Of a DNA stretch of 64,000 nt, positions 47,991 through 57,974 are shown in pieces (within the stretch, counting starts at the first letter, position 1; each line of letters begins with the position of its first letter). Source of the stretch: Clostridia bacterium (GTDB taxonomy: Bacteria > Bacillota > Clostridia > UMGS1883 > UMGS1540); contig JAZNQN010000044.1 in NCBI GenBank assembly GCA_045590195.1, positions 19,186 to 83,185 on the forward strand. The letters run 5' to 3'. The notes below the pieces were generated by a model. It ran no database searches. It saw nothing but the letters and a program-made list of their open reading frames with translations, and had not been told where the DNA came from. A program made the position numbers and the translations under genes.

Positions 47991-49163
47991 TTAAAAATAA
48001 CTTACTTTAATTCTTTTACCCATTTTTTCAAGATGTTTGGATAACTCTTCTACCATATTCATTTTGATATTAAAATTTATGGGCAAATCAGGATTTTGAT
48101 GAGCAGGATTTACAGCTCTTCCAACATAAAAGTTAATATCGGTTGCTTCTTCAAACAAAAGTTGAGAAATTAACGACGCAGCATCTTTACCCATTTCCCA
48201 GTCATTATAAAGGCGGTTTTCATTAACAAAGTCCTCGGCATATTTAAGCACATGGCTCATTGTAATTACACCTTCAGTTACCAGGTCAACGCCATCAATT
48301 ATCGCTACTGGCGGAATTCCTTGTTTTTCAAACTTCAAAGTTGGTTTTACTTCCTTGCCAAGGTATTCGGCTGCAATTGAAGATGTTGTACCGCCGCAAA
48401 CAATGTGTTTACCCTCTTTTGCAAAGAAAAGTGCCATCATTTTTCTGCAATCATCTCTGTTTGATGGTGGACCAAAAACAAGGTTTATAGGCGCTCTTTT
48501 TCTTATTCTTACAACGCAGGCACTGGTATCATCGCCCGGTTCTCCGCCATAAAGTTTATTACATTCATCAGTTAAAATGGTTGCCAGGGTTTTTGCGTTA
48601 TATCCGGCACATTCAATAGTTTCCATAAACTCAGTTATCTGCTCAGTTTTCCAACCGAAATTATAAATATTTCCAATTCCTGCATGAGGACAACCATCGC
48701 TCATTGCAAGAAATAAATCGTTTTCGCAAAGCTTTATTCTCGAACGAAGCATCTTTTTATCGCCAATTGAAAATGTTTCCTGGTTATATTCAAAGTTCTT
48801 TCCGTCGCGAAGCAAAATTACAGGCGGATTATCATATTGAATAATTTCTGCAAACTCATTATTAACAATATGAATAATTGTAAATGTTGAATATGCCACT
48901 CCCCTTTGCGAACAAACGGGAAGTGTTGCTGCAATAGTTGAAACGCAGTCTTCAATTGACAGCCCTGCTGCCAGAAGAGTTGAAATTATTTTAGAAGTAA
49001 GTGTTGACAAAATGCCAGCTTTAACACCACTTCCAAGCCCATCGGCAAGAACAATTACAGATGAATTTTCGCCTGAGCTTACAACATCTATATGATCGCC
49101 GCAAAGCTCCTCACCGTGGTGGTTTAATGAGCGATATCCAATATCAGCACACAAATCATTCAT
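47991..49163 (-). CDS. SpoIIE/PP2C-type serine phosphatase with a C-terminal domain of about 170 aa of unknown function
   Basis: PP2C motifs CGDHIDV, VLADGLGSG and GDDTSACVV. Its start overlaps the hydS stop by 8 nt. Confidence 0.7.
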   Translation of the reverse strand: MNDLCADIGYRSLNHHGEELCGDHIDVVSSGENSSVIVLADGLGSGVKAGILSTLTSKIISTLLAAGLSIEDCVSTIAATLPVCSQRGVAYSTFTIIHIVNNEFAEIIQYDNPPVILLRDGKNFEYNQETFSIGDKKMLRSRIKLCENDLFLAMSDGCPHAGIGNIYNFGWKTEQITEFMETIECAGYNAKTLATILTDECNKLYGGEPGDDTSACVVRIRKRAPINLVFGPPSNRDDCRKMMALFFAKEGKHIVCGGTTSSIAAEYLGKEVKPTLKFEKQGIPPVAIIDGVDLVTEGVITMSHVLKYAEDFVNENRLYNDWEMGKDAASLISQLLFEEATDINFYVGRAVNPAHQNPDLPINFNIKMNMVEELSKHLEKMGKRIKVSYF

Positions 49164-50838
49164 CAGCTATTGTCTCCTTAAGTTTTGTAAGCGCAATTTT
49201 TGTTTCAGCAGCTGTTTCGCCAAGTAACGATGCAATTTCCTGAACAATGCGCATTTGCTTTTCAACAACTTTATCTGCTACTTCGATGGTTTCTGTCCCA
49301 ATTCTCTCTTTACGCTCTTTCTCTCTTTCCTCGGCAGTTACATCACGCAAAATGCAAATTATAATTCTATACTCTTTATCCGGAATAATTGTTTTTTCAA
49401 CATATTTGTCGTATTCTGCAAGATATTTTCTTCTGTTAGAAATCCTTCTTCCGCTTTCCATTGCATTTATAAACGGAGTAGGGTCTAAAATTCTTACAAC
49501 AGGCTCACCCATTACATCGGAAACAGATTTTACGTTCAAAATTTTTCTTGCGGAGTTGTTGATAAGCTGAACTTCAAGTTGTTCGTTTACAACAATAATT
49601 CCGTTAGGTGTGTTGTTAACTATTGTATCTGAGAAAACTTCAGCTTTATCTTTTAAAAACGGCAAACACATTGAAAGGTCGGCCTTTCCGTGGTATATTG
49701 CAATTGCTTTTTCACGGCAGGTATCATATCCACAGGAGCCACAGTTAAGCTCGTCTTCAGGACGAACTTTTCCCATTGTTTTCAGTACTTTGACTATTTC
49801 TTCATCGGCAGGTGGCTGAAGTCGTCTTTCAATAGGCTCAATGCCTTTTTGAAGTTCAGTAAAATCAGGCTGTGAAATTTCAAAGTCTTTTTCGCCTGCA
49901 TAATCAGAAACAGCTTTAAATTCACTCACAGGAGCTGAATTGAATTTTTCCATTATCGGACCGCAAATACAGCTTCCGCTGCAGGCCGACATTTCAATAA
50001 AGCATCCGTGTACTTTTCCGCTTTCAATATCACGAAGCGCTTCAATACAGTTATTAGTGCCATCAATGGCCATATATGTATATTCAGGAAGTCGCTCGTC
50101 CATTGTTTTTAATATACCTCCCGTTGTCGGGAAAAGCCTTGCACGGCTTTTTTCGGTAACATCTAGCTCTTTTTCAATCTCTATATTTTCTTCTTTGAAC
50201 CAGTTTGTAAGTTCATCGAAGGTTAAAACTGCGTCTACAATATCTCCGTAGTAATCACCCTCATCTTTTTTGGAAAGGCAGGGGCCGATAAATACTGTTT
50301 TCGCACCTGGATATTTCTTTTTAATTTCTATGGAATGAGCCTGCATAGGCGACATTGTGTTTGAAAGGTAAGGCAAAACAGAAGGAAAATACTTCTGAAC
50401 AAGCAAATTAACACTGTGGCAACAGGAAGAAATAAGAATATCAGGCTTTTCTTCACGAAGTTTGCGCTGGTATTCGTTTTTTACAATTGTTGCACCAATA
50501 GCAGTTTCTTCAGCATCGAAAAAGCCAAGTTTTAATAAAGCCTTTTTCATTGCCTCTATTCCGACACCATCATAATTTGCAATAAAAGACGGAGCAAGAG
50601 AAGCAACAACCTGTTCACCATTTGCAATCATTACTCTTACTTTTTCGCGCTGGTCTGTAATTTCTTTAGCATTTTGCGGACAAACAACAAAGCATTGACC
50701 GCATAAAATACACTCATTGCCAATAATATGTGCCTGATTACCTGAGAAACGAATGGCTTTTACGGGACAATGTCTAATACATTTATAACAGTTTTTACAG
50801 TTTGATTTTTTAAGTTTAAGCCATTCCACTATGCTCAC
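49156..50838 (-). CDS. hydS: Putative sensory [FeFe]-hydrogenase (HydS-like). It has N-terminal ferredoxin clusters, a variant H-cluster domain, an extra Cx2Cx4Cx16C motif and a C-terminal PAS domain.
   Basis: L1 is SSCCHSV, L2 is IGPCLSKKDE and L3 is EMSACSGSCICGP. CGSCGYDTC...C is present. The C-terminus has a PAS-like fold. A PP2C phosphatase is adjacent. Confidence 0.7.
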   Translation of the reverse strand: MSIVEWLKLKKSNCKNCYKCIRHCPVKAIRFSGNQAHIIGNECILCGQCFVVCPQNAKEITDQREKVRVMIANGEQVVASLAPSFIANYDGVGIEAMKKALLKLGFFDAEETAIGATIVKNEYQRKLREEKPDILISSCCHSVNLLVQKYFPSVLPYLSNTMSPMQAHSIEIKKKYPGAKTVFIGPCLSKKDEGDYYGDIVDAVLTFDELTNWFKEENIEIEKELDVTEKSRARLFPTTGGILKTMDERLPEYTYMAIDGTNNCIEALRDIESGKVHGCFIEMSACSGSCICGPIMEKFNSAPVSEFKAVSDYAGEKDFEISQPDFTELQKGIEPIERRLQPPADEEIVKVLKTMGKVRPEDELNCGSCGYDTCREKAIAIYHGKADLSMCLPFLKDKAEVFSDTIVNNTPNGIIVVNEQLEVQLINNSARKILNVKSVSDVMGEPVVRILDPTPFINAMESGRRISNRRKYLAEYDKYVEKTIIPDKEYRIIICILRDVTAEEREKERKERIGTETIEVADKVVEKQMRIVQEIASLLGETAAETKIALTKLKETIADE

Positions 50839-51095
50839 TCCCCTATATTTAATACTTTAAGTATATGTTCCTTAAAAAAGTCATCGAACTTATGTATTGT
50901 AAGTCCTACAAAAACTTCATCGTTTATCTGAACGGTTACGCCTTCGCGATTGCATTTTCCAATGCAAAAGCTTCCGGCAACAGAAACTTTGTCGCCAATA
51001 TTATAATCACTTACTGCTTTTTCAAAAGCATTTGCTATTTCATATGAACCTTTAATATGACAGGAACTGCCAATACAAACTAATACTTTAAGCAA
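50835..51095 (-). CDS. Thioredoxin-like [2Fe-2S] ferredoxin of 86 aa
   Basis: CIGSSC...C(x3)C Cys spacing, as in the NuoE C-domain or Trx-like ferredoxins. Confidence 0.55.
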   Translation of the reverse strand: MLKVLVCIGSSCHIKGSYEIANAFEKAVSDYNIGDKVSVAGSFCIGKCNREGVTVQINDEVFVGLTIHKFDDFFKEHILKVLNIGE

Positions 51096-51107
51096 AAATA
51101 AATCATT

Positions 51108-51152
51108 CCTTTTTGATTTTTTAAAAGGCCGCAGTGCGGTTGCACCGCGGCC
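51108..51152 (-). terminator. Possible weak terminator or attenuator between the two small ferredoxin genes
   Basis: GGCCGCAGTGCGGTTGCACCGCGGCC hairpin. The T run on the minus strand is only 4 nt. Confidence 0.35.
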
Positions 51153-51160
51153 ATATGTTA

Positions 51161-51409
51161 TTATTTTACAAGAGGAAGTATATTATCTTTGAAAAACGCT
51201 CTTGCCTCTTTTTCGGTAATTCGGAATGTTTTGTCATCTACTTTTACAGAAACGCCAACATTTGTACAATTTTTCATACAAAATGACGCCGCAAGTTCAA
51301 TTTTATCATGAAGATTATTATCTTCAATCATATGCTGAAATGATGACACAACATTATGTGCTCCGTTTAAATGACACGCGCTTCCAATGCATACACTAAT
51401 TTTTATCAT
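51161..51409 (-). CDS. Thioredoxin-like [2Fe-2S] ferredoxin of 82 aa
   Basis: CIGSAC...CMKNC. Paralogous to the gene at 50835-51095. Confidence 0.55.
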   Translation of the reverse strand: MIKISVCIGSACHLNGAHNVVSSFQHMIEDNNLHDKIELAASFCMKNCTNVGVSVKVDDKTFRITEKEARAFFKDNILPLVK

Positions 51410-51411
51410 TA

Positions 51412-53109
51412 TTATTCCTCCGATTTTTTCGCATAGTTCACATGTAAAAGTTTATGAACTTTACCTTTAATAATATTGTTATAAAGTGACGAAACAATTG
51501 GGTTTTCTTCTGAACGACGTATGCTTAAGAGTCTGTCAGATTTATAAAGTCCGCTCTTTCTGGCAGCAATCTCGTGCTGCATTGCAAATGGCTGACCGCC
51601 ACCATTTATACATCCGCCAGGGCAAGCCATAACTTCAATAAAGTCAATCTGTTCGCCGTCTTTTACGCGCTGAAGAACTTTTTCAGCATTTGCAAGACCG
51701 CTTACAACTACAATATGAAGTTCTCTTTCTCCATACATAAGTTTAAATTCTTTAATGCCATCAAGGCCACGCTGACCGCAATCTGCAATAGAAAGAAGTC
51801 CGCTTCTTGATTTATTTGCAGCAACACGGCGAAGTACAGCTTCTGTAACACCACCTGTTACACCAAATATTACACCTGCACCTGAAATAGTACCAAATGG
51901 CATATCGACAGCTTCAGGCTCTAAGGTATCAAACATAATACCTGCTTCTTTAACCATTGAAACAAGTTCCTGAGTTGTAATAACTGCATCAACATTAGGC
52001 TGACCGTCCATTTTGAACTCATCTCTTGCAGCTTCAAACTTTTTAGCTGTACAAGGCATTACTGCAACATGGAACATTTTTCTTGAAGCTTCTTTTGCCT
52101 GGTCTTTCAAAATTGAAGCCATCATCTGCATTGGGCTGCGGCAAGTTGATACATTAGGAAGAAATTCAGGGAATTTCTTTTCGCAGAACTGAATCCAGCC
52201 AGGGCAGCATGAAGTAATAAGTGGAAGATTTTCGCCTTTTTCAAGTTTAGTAAGAAATTCTTCACTTTCTTCCAAAACAGTTAAATCTGCTCCGAGAGAA
52301 GTATCATAAATTTCATCAAATCCCATACGATGAAGAGCGGCAACAATTTTACCCATTACATCTTCCCCGTCGCGAACACCAAGTTCTTTACCAAGTGCAA
52401 CTCTTACCGCAGGAGCAACCTGAACAGTTGTTTTAACTTCAGGGTCGCTTATTGCTTTCCAAACGGGAGCAATATTATTTTTAACAACAAGAGCACCTGT
52501 TGGACATACTGCAACACACTGACCACAGCCAACACATGGGCTTTCTGAAAGTGGTTTATTAAACGCAGTGCTGATTGTCATATTAGAGCCACGGTATGCA
52601 AAGTCGATAGCGCCAACATTCTGAACCTCGTTACACATTCTCACACAGTCGCCGCAAAGAATACATTTGCCTGTATCTCTTGTAATGCATACGGAAGACG
52701 TATCTTCATCTTTTGTTGAAACTGCAGTATTAGGGAAACGAACGCCTTCAATATTAAAGCGCATTGCCAAATCCTGCAATTTACATTTTGCGTTGTTCTC
52801 ACAGGTTGTACAGTCGCGGCAATGGTTAGCAAGAAGAAGTTCGAGAATATTTTTTCTGTATCTTCTAAGGCGCTCTGTATTTGTTTTTATGTTCATACCT
52901 GCACGAGGAGGTGTTGAACAAGCGGCATCAAGTCCGCCTCTTTCGTTTTCTACCATACACATACGGCATGCACCGTAAACCGAAAGCTCGGAATGATAGC
53001 AGAATGTAGGCATTTTTACGCCTGTTTTATTTATAAGTTCAAGAAGATTTTTCTCTCCGTTAATTTCAACGGGGATACCGTCGATTGTCAAATACTGTTT
53101 CTCAGTCAT
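51412..53109 (-). CDS. hydA: [FeFe]-hydrogenase catalytic subunit HydA, set 1 of the HydABC type
   Basis: It has an N-terminal plant-type [2Fe-2S], ferredoxin clusters, and canonical H-cluster motifs TSCCPGW, MPCTAKKFE and EVMACPGGCINGGG. Confidence 0.85.
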   Translation of the reverse strand: MTEKQYLTIDGIPVEINGEKNLLELINKTGVKMPTFCYHSELSVYGACRMCMVENERGGLDAACSTPPRAGMNIKTNTERLRRYRKNILELLLANHCRDCTTCENNAKCKLQDLAMRFNIEGVRFPNTAVSTKDEDTSSVCITRDTGKCILCGDCVRMCNEVQNVGAIDFAYRGSNMTISTAFNKPLSESPCVGCGQCVAVCPTGALVVKNNIAPVWKAISDPEVKTTVQVAPAVRVALGKELGVRDGEDVMGKIVAALHRMGFDEIYDTSLGADLTVLEESEEFLTKLEKGENLPLITSCCPGWIQFCEKKFPEFLPNVSTCRSPMQMMASILKDQAKEASRKMFHVAVMPCTAKKFEAARDEFKMDGQPNVDAVITTQELVSMVKEAGIMFDTLEPEAVDMPFGTISGAGVIFGVTGGVTEAVLRRVAANKSRSGLLSIADCGQRGLDGIKEFKLMYGERELHIVVVSGLANAEKVLQRVKDGEQIDFIEVMACPGGCINGGGQPFAMQHEIAARKSGLYKSDRLLSIRRSEENPIVSSLYNNIIKGKVHKLLHVNYAKKSEE

Positions 53110-53113
53110 TTTC

Positions 53114-54988
53114 TCAAACCTCCTTTATAGCCTTGAATGCACAAGCATCAATACAGCTACCGCAACGAATACATTTTGAAAGGTTAATTGTAAATGGTTC
53201 CTTAATTTTTCCTTCGATAGCTTCAACAGGACACTGACGGGCACATTTTGAGCAACCTTTACAAAGCTCAGGGTCAATAACAATTGTTTTAAGTTTCTGA
53301 CATTCACCCGCTGGACAACGCTTGTCGTAAATATGAGCTTCATATTCATCACGGAAGTTTTTAATTGTACTTACTACCGGAGAAGGAGCACTTTTGCCAA
53401 GTCCGCAAAGAGCTGTAGCCGAAATTGTATCAGCAAGCTCGAGAAGGAGTTCAATATCTCCATCCTGACCTTCGCCTGCGACAATTCTTTCAAGAATCTG
53501 AAGCATTCTCTTTGTACCTTCACGGCAAGGAACGCATTTACCACAGCTTTCGTTCTGTGTAAAGTTCATAAAGAATCTTGCAACCTCTACCATACAGGTA
53601 TTTGAGTCCATAACAACAAGTCCGCCGGAGCCTATCATAGCTCCAACCTTTTTAAGTGTATCAAAGTCAAGAGGAAGGTCTAAATGTTCTTTTGTAAGAC
53701 AAGCACCTGAAGGGCCGCCTATCTGTACGGCTTTAAATTCGCCGTCGCCTTTCATACCGCCACCGATATCAAAAATAATCTCGCGGAGAGTTGTTCCCAT
53801 AGGAACTTCGATAAGGCCTGTATTTGCAATGTTACCTGTAAGAGCAAAAGCTTTTGTGCCTGCACTTCCCTCTGTTCCGATACCGAGATACCAGTCTGCG
53901 CCACGGTTTATAATTTCAGCAACGTTTGCATATGTTTCAACATTATTAAGTACTGTTGGTTTATCAAAAAGACCATGTTCAACAGTTCTTGGAGGTTTAA
54001 CTCTCGGGAAACCACGTTTACCTTCGATTGAAGCAGTAAGCGCACTACCTTCGCCACAAACAAACGCACCTGCACCACGGCTGATGTGCATTTTAAACGA
54101 AAAGCCTGTTCCGAGAATATTTTCGCCAAGAAGGCCTAGTTCTTCTGCCTGAGTTATTGCATTTTTAAGTCTGTCAACAGCGAGAGGATATTCAGCACGA
54201 ACATATATGTAACCTTCACATGCGCCACAGGCAACACCTGCAATCATCATACCCTCAAGCATTCTGTGAGGGTCACCTTCCATAATACTTCTGTCCATAA
54301 ATGCACCGGGGTCACCCTCGTCACCATTACAAACAACATATTTAATAGGCTCTTTCTGGCGTTTAACCTGTTCCCATTTTCTTCCGGCAGGAAATCCGCC
54401 GCCCCCACGTCCGCGAAGGTTTGATTTACTGATTTCAGATACAATGTCATCAGCAGTCATATCAAAAAGTGCTTTTTCAAAAGCGGAATAACCACCAATG
54501 GCAATATATTCACGAATTGATTCGGCATCAATTTTACCGCAGTGTTCCAAAACGATACGGGTTTGCTGTTTATAAAAAGGAATTTCATCCTGTTTTTTGT
54601 ATGAAACGCCATCTTTTTTGCAGGCAAGGCGGTCAATGGGTTCTCCTTTAAGAACTGTTTTTTCAATAATTTCTTCACAGTCTTCAACTTTTACTTTTGT
54701 GTAAAGCCAACCCTGTGGGTCGATTCTGAGAAGTGGGCCCATTTCACAAAAACCATGGCAACCGCTCTTTTTAAGGCCTATGCTTTCATCGTGGGGATCA
54801 ACTTCAAGCTCCACTGCAACTTTAATGCCTCTTTCATCACAAAGTTCTTTAAGTCTGTCATAAATTTTAAGTGAGCCACCGGCAACGCAACCTGTTCCGG
54901 CACAAACAATGATTTTTTCGGTTTGTAGTTCATAAGACTTTTTCACTTCTTCACGAAGCTTCATAAAATCTTCTCTGTTTTTAAGCAT
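53114..54988 (-). CDS. hydB: NuoF-like NAD(P)H-binding flavoprotein subunit HydB, set 1
   Basis: It has an N-terminal Trx-like [2Fe-2S], FMN/NADH-binding Gly-rich motifs (GRGGGGFP), a NuoF-type [4Fe-4S] and a C-terminal 2x[4Fe-4S]. Confidence 0.85.
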   Translation of the reverse strand: MLKNREDFMKLREEVKKSYELQTEKIIVCAGTGCVAGGSLKIYDRLKELCDERGIKVAVELEVDPHDESIGLKKSGCHGFCEMGPLLRIDPQGWLYTKVKVEDCEEIIEKTVLKGEPIDRLACKKDGVSYKKQDEIPFYKQQTRIVLEHCGKIDAESIREYIAIGGYSAFEKALFDMTADDIVSEISKSNLRGRGGGGFPAGRKWEQVKRQKEPIKYVVCNGDEGDPGAFMDRSIMEGDPHRMLEGMMIAGVACGACEGYIYVRAEYPLAVDRLKNAITQAEELGLLGENILGTGFSFKMHISRGAGAFVCGEGSALTASIEGKRGFPRVKPPRTVEHGLFDKPTVLNNVETYANVAEIINRGADWYLGIGTEGSAGTKAFALTGNIANTGLIEVPMGTTLREIIFDIGGGMKGDGEFKAVQIGGPSGACLTKEHLDLPLDFDTLKKVGAMIGSGGLVVMDSNTCMVEVARFFMNFTQNESCGKCVPCREGTKRMLQILERIVAGEGQDGDIELLLELADTISATALCGLGKSAPSPVVSTIKNFRDEYEAHIYDKRCPAGECQKLKTIVIDPELCKGCSKCARQCPVEAIEGKIKEPFTINLSKCIRCGSCIDACAFKAIKEV

Positions 54989-55466
54989 TGTTTATCTCCT
55001 CTCTGAGTTTTTTCAAAAGCTCTGATGCTTTATCCGGTGTCATTGCAGAATATACAACATCGTTTACTGTAAGTACCGGAGCAAGACCACAAGCGCCGAG
55101 ACATGATACTGTTTCAAGTGTAAAGTTTAAGTCGTCGGTAGTTTTTTTGCTTTCGCTAAGTCCAAGTTCACTGCGAAGACGCTCCAAAATCGGAATGGAA
55201 CGGCGAACATGACAAGCTGTTCCGTCGCATATTTTTATTACATATTTTCCCTTTGGTTCAAGAGAAAAGTTTTCGTAAAATGTTGCTACGCTGAAAATCC
55301 TAACTTCAGGAATGTTAAGCTGTTTTGCAAGATGTGGAAAAATATCTTTTGGCAAGTAATGATATTCTTCCTGAATTTCCTGCAAAATTGCGATAATTGC
55401 CTGTGGATTTTTGTCGTATTTATCGACTATTTTATCTACGATTGCAAAATCAAACTGTTCACTCAT
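54981..55466 (-). CDS. hydC: NuoE-like [2Fe-2S] subunit HydC, set 1
   Basis: Trx-like fold with CDGTAC...C...CLGAC. Confidence 0.85.
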   Translation of the reverse strand: MSEQFDFAIVDKIVDKYDKNPQAIIAILQEIQEEYHYLPKDIFPHLAKQLNIPEVRIFSVATFYENFSLEPKGKYVIKICDGTACHVRRSIPILERLRSELGLSESKKTTDDLNFTLETVSCLGACGLAPVLTVNDVVYSAMTPDKASELLKKLREEINNA

Positions 55467-55488
55467 AGTTTTACTCCTTTGTTTTTAA

Positions 55489-56898
55489 TTATTTATTCTT
55501 AAGGTATTCATCGATTGCCTTGGCAGCAGTTTTACCTGCGCCCATAGCAGATATAACCGTTGCAGCACCTGTTACTGCATCGCCGCCTGCATAAACTGCA
55601 TCGCGTGATGTAAGGCCATCTTCATTTACAATAATTCCGCCTCTGTTATTAACTTCAAGGCCCTTTGTAGTATCTTTTATAAGCGGGTTAGGCGAAGTAC
55701 CAATAGACATTACAACTGCATCAACCTCTAACTCATATTCTGAACCCGGAATTTCTACAGGACGTCTTCTTCCTTTTTCATCAGGTTCGCCAAGTTCCAT
55801 TTTCATAAGGCGAATACCTGTTACAAAACCGTTTTTAGGATCTCTTGGATCCTCAGGATTGTTATAACCCAGAATTTCAACCGGGTTTCTGAGAAGCTGA
55901 AAATCGATTCCCTCTTCTTCAGCATGTTCAACTTCTTCCCTTCTTGCAGGAAGTTCTTCCATTGAACGACGGTAAATAATATAAACCTTCTCAGCTCCAA
56001 GTCTTAAAGCAGTTCTTGCAGCATCCATAGCAACATTACCGCCGCCTACAACTGCAACACGGCCACCTTTCATAATAGGTGTGCTGCCATCTTCACGATA
56101 AGCTTTCATGAGATTGCTTCTTGTTAAGAATTCGTTTGCAGAATAAACGCCTTTAAGAGATTCGCCGGGAATTCCCATGAAATTTGGAAGGCCTGCACCG
56201 CTGCCTACAAAAACAGCTTCATAGCCCATATCAAAAAGCTCGTCGATTGTAAGGGTTTTACCGATTACAACATTAGGCTCAACATTTACGCCAAGTTCTT
56301 TTAAAGTTTCAACTTCTTTAGCAACTATTGCCTTTGGAAGACGAAATTCAGGAATACCATAAACAAGTACACCGCCTGCTGTGTGAAGTGCTTCATAAAC
56401 TGTTACGTCGTAACCTTTTTTAGCAAGGTCACCTGCACAGGTAAGGCCTGAAGGGCCGCTACCAACAACGGCAACTTTGTGGCCGTTAGACAATGGTTTT
56501 TCAGCCTTTTCCTTGGCGTTTTCATTATGCCAGTCAGCAACAAAACGCTCAAGTCGGCCAATGCCTACAGGCTCAAACTTAATTCCAAGAGTACATTTAC
56601 TCTCACACTGTGTTTCCTGTGGGCAAACTCTTCCGCAAACCGCAGGAAGTGAAGATGATTTTGAAATAGACTGATATGCACCTTCAAAATCGCCATTTTT
56701 AATATGAGTAATAAAATCAGGAATATCAATATTTACAGGACAGCCTGCAACGCAAGGCTGGTTTTTACAATTTAAGCATCTTTCAGCTTCTCCTACAGCC
56801 ATTTCCTGAGTATAACCAAGAGCAACTTCATTGAAGTTATGGCCCCTCACATCAGCAGGCTGTGTTGGCATTTCATGCTTTTTAGGATTTATTGCCAT
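55489..56898 (-). CDS. nfnB: NfnB / GltD-like subunit (SudA-like; NADH-dependent reduced ferredoxin:NADP oxidoreductase large subunit)
   Basis: It has N-terminal 2x[4Fe-4S] (CLNCKNQPC...CP), two dinucleotide folds (VAVVGSGPSG and VAVVGGGNVAMD) and is about 470 aa. It is 22 nt upstream of hydC. Confidence 0.75.
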   Translation of the reverse strand: MAINPKKHEMPTQPADVRGHNFNEVALGYTQEMAVGEAERCLNCKNQPCVAGCPVNIDIPDFITHIKNGDFEGAYQSISKSSSLPAVCGRVCPQETQCESKCTLGIKFEPVGIGRLERFVADWHNENAKEKAEKPLSNGHKVAVVGSGPSGLTCAGDLAKKGYDVTVYEALHTAGGVLVYGIPEFRLPKAIVAKEVETLKELGVNVEPNVVIGKTLTIDELFDMGYEAVFVGSGAGLPNFMGIPGESLKGVYSANEFLTRSNLMKAYREDGSTPIMKGGRVAVVGGGNVAMDAARTALRLGAEKVYIIYRRSMEELPARREEVEHAEEEGIDFQLLRNPVEILGYNNPEDPRDPKNGFVTGIRLMKMELGEPDEKGRRRPVEIPGSEYELEVDAVVMSIGTSPNPLIKDTTKGLEVNNRGGIIVNEDGLTSRDAVYAGGDAVTGAATVISAMGAGKTAAKAIDEYLKNK

Positions 56899-56923
56899 TT
56901 TAAATTCCTCCTTCTAAATCAGT

Positions 56924-57772
56924 TCAGGCATTTTTGAAAAGATTGCAAGCTTCTTCATATGCGTGACGCTCAAAATCTGCATACATTCTGCCTCTTGACA
57001 TTGCCTCGTCAAAATCGATTTCGTAGGCATTAAATTCAGGCCCGTCAACACATGCAAACTTTGTAACCTTTTTGCCATCCTGGTTCAAAGTAAGTCGGCA
57101 ACCGCCGCACATACCAGTTCCGTCGATCATAATAGGATTCATTGAAGCTGTTACAGGAACACCAAAAGGTTTGGCAGTTAGAGTAACAAACTTCATCATA
57201 ATAAGCGGACCAATTGTGATGATAATGTCAAATTTTTCTCCGCCTTCAAGCATTTCTTTAAGCGGAACAGTTACGTTACCGTGACGACCATAAGAACCGT
57301 CATCAGTCATTAAAATAAGGTTGTCCGAGCATTCTCTGAACTCATCTTCCAAAATTACAAGATTTTTATCTCTGAAACCGATAATGCTTGTAACTTCAGC
57401 CCCAAGGCGATGAAATTCCTGCGCAACAGGCATAGCAATAGCACAGCCAACGCCTCCGCCTACGATACAAACTTTTTTAATACCTTCAGTATGAGTTGCT
57501 CTTCCAAGAGGACCAACAAAATCTTCAATGAACTCACCTTCGTTTTTCTGACCGAGTTTTGCAGTTGTTCCTCCAACTATTTGAAAAATTATTTTAACTG
57601 TGCCATCTTCCTTGTTGCAACCTGCAACTGTAAGCGGTATTCTTTCGCCTTCGCTGTCGACACGTAAAATAATAAACTGACCTGGTTTTGCCTTTGCTGC
57701 AACTAACGGAGCTTCAATTTCCATCTGGGTTACAGTTGGGTTTAACACTCTTTTACGCACAATTTTGTACAT
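56924..57772 (-). CDS. nfnA: NfnA / SudB-like small subunit (FNR/PyrK-like FAD protein with a [2Fe-2S])
   Basis: About 280 aa with an FNR-like fold and a C-terminal Cys cluster (CGGCRLT...C). Confidence 0.75.
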   Translation of the reverse strand: MYKIVRKRVLNPTVTQMEIEAPLVAAKAKPGQFIILRVDSEGERIPLTVAGCNKEDGTVKIIFQIVGGTTAKLGQKNEGEFIEDFVGPLGRATHTEGIKKVCIVGGGVGCAIAMPVAQEFHRLGAEVTSIIGFRDKNLVILEDEFRECSDNLILMTDDGSYGRHGNVTVPLKEMLEGGEKFDIIITIGPLIMMKFVTLTAKPFGVPVTASMNPIMIDGTGMCGGCRLTLNQDGKKVTKFACVDGPEFNAYEIDFDEAMSRGRMYADFERHAYEEACNLFKNA

Positions 57773-57974
57773 AAAAATTCACCTCTCTATATTTTAAATA
57801 ATTGTTATATTACATACATAACTTTACATAATATATAATAACACAATTACACTTTTTTGCATATTATAAAATTTGCATATCCGTTATATACTTATAGGCA
57901 TATGGTTATTTCGTTTTTACATAACAACAGCGCGATACATTTATTATGTACCGCGCTGCTTAAAATTATTTAAA

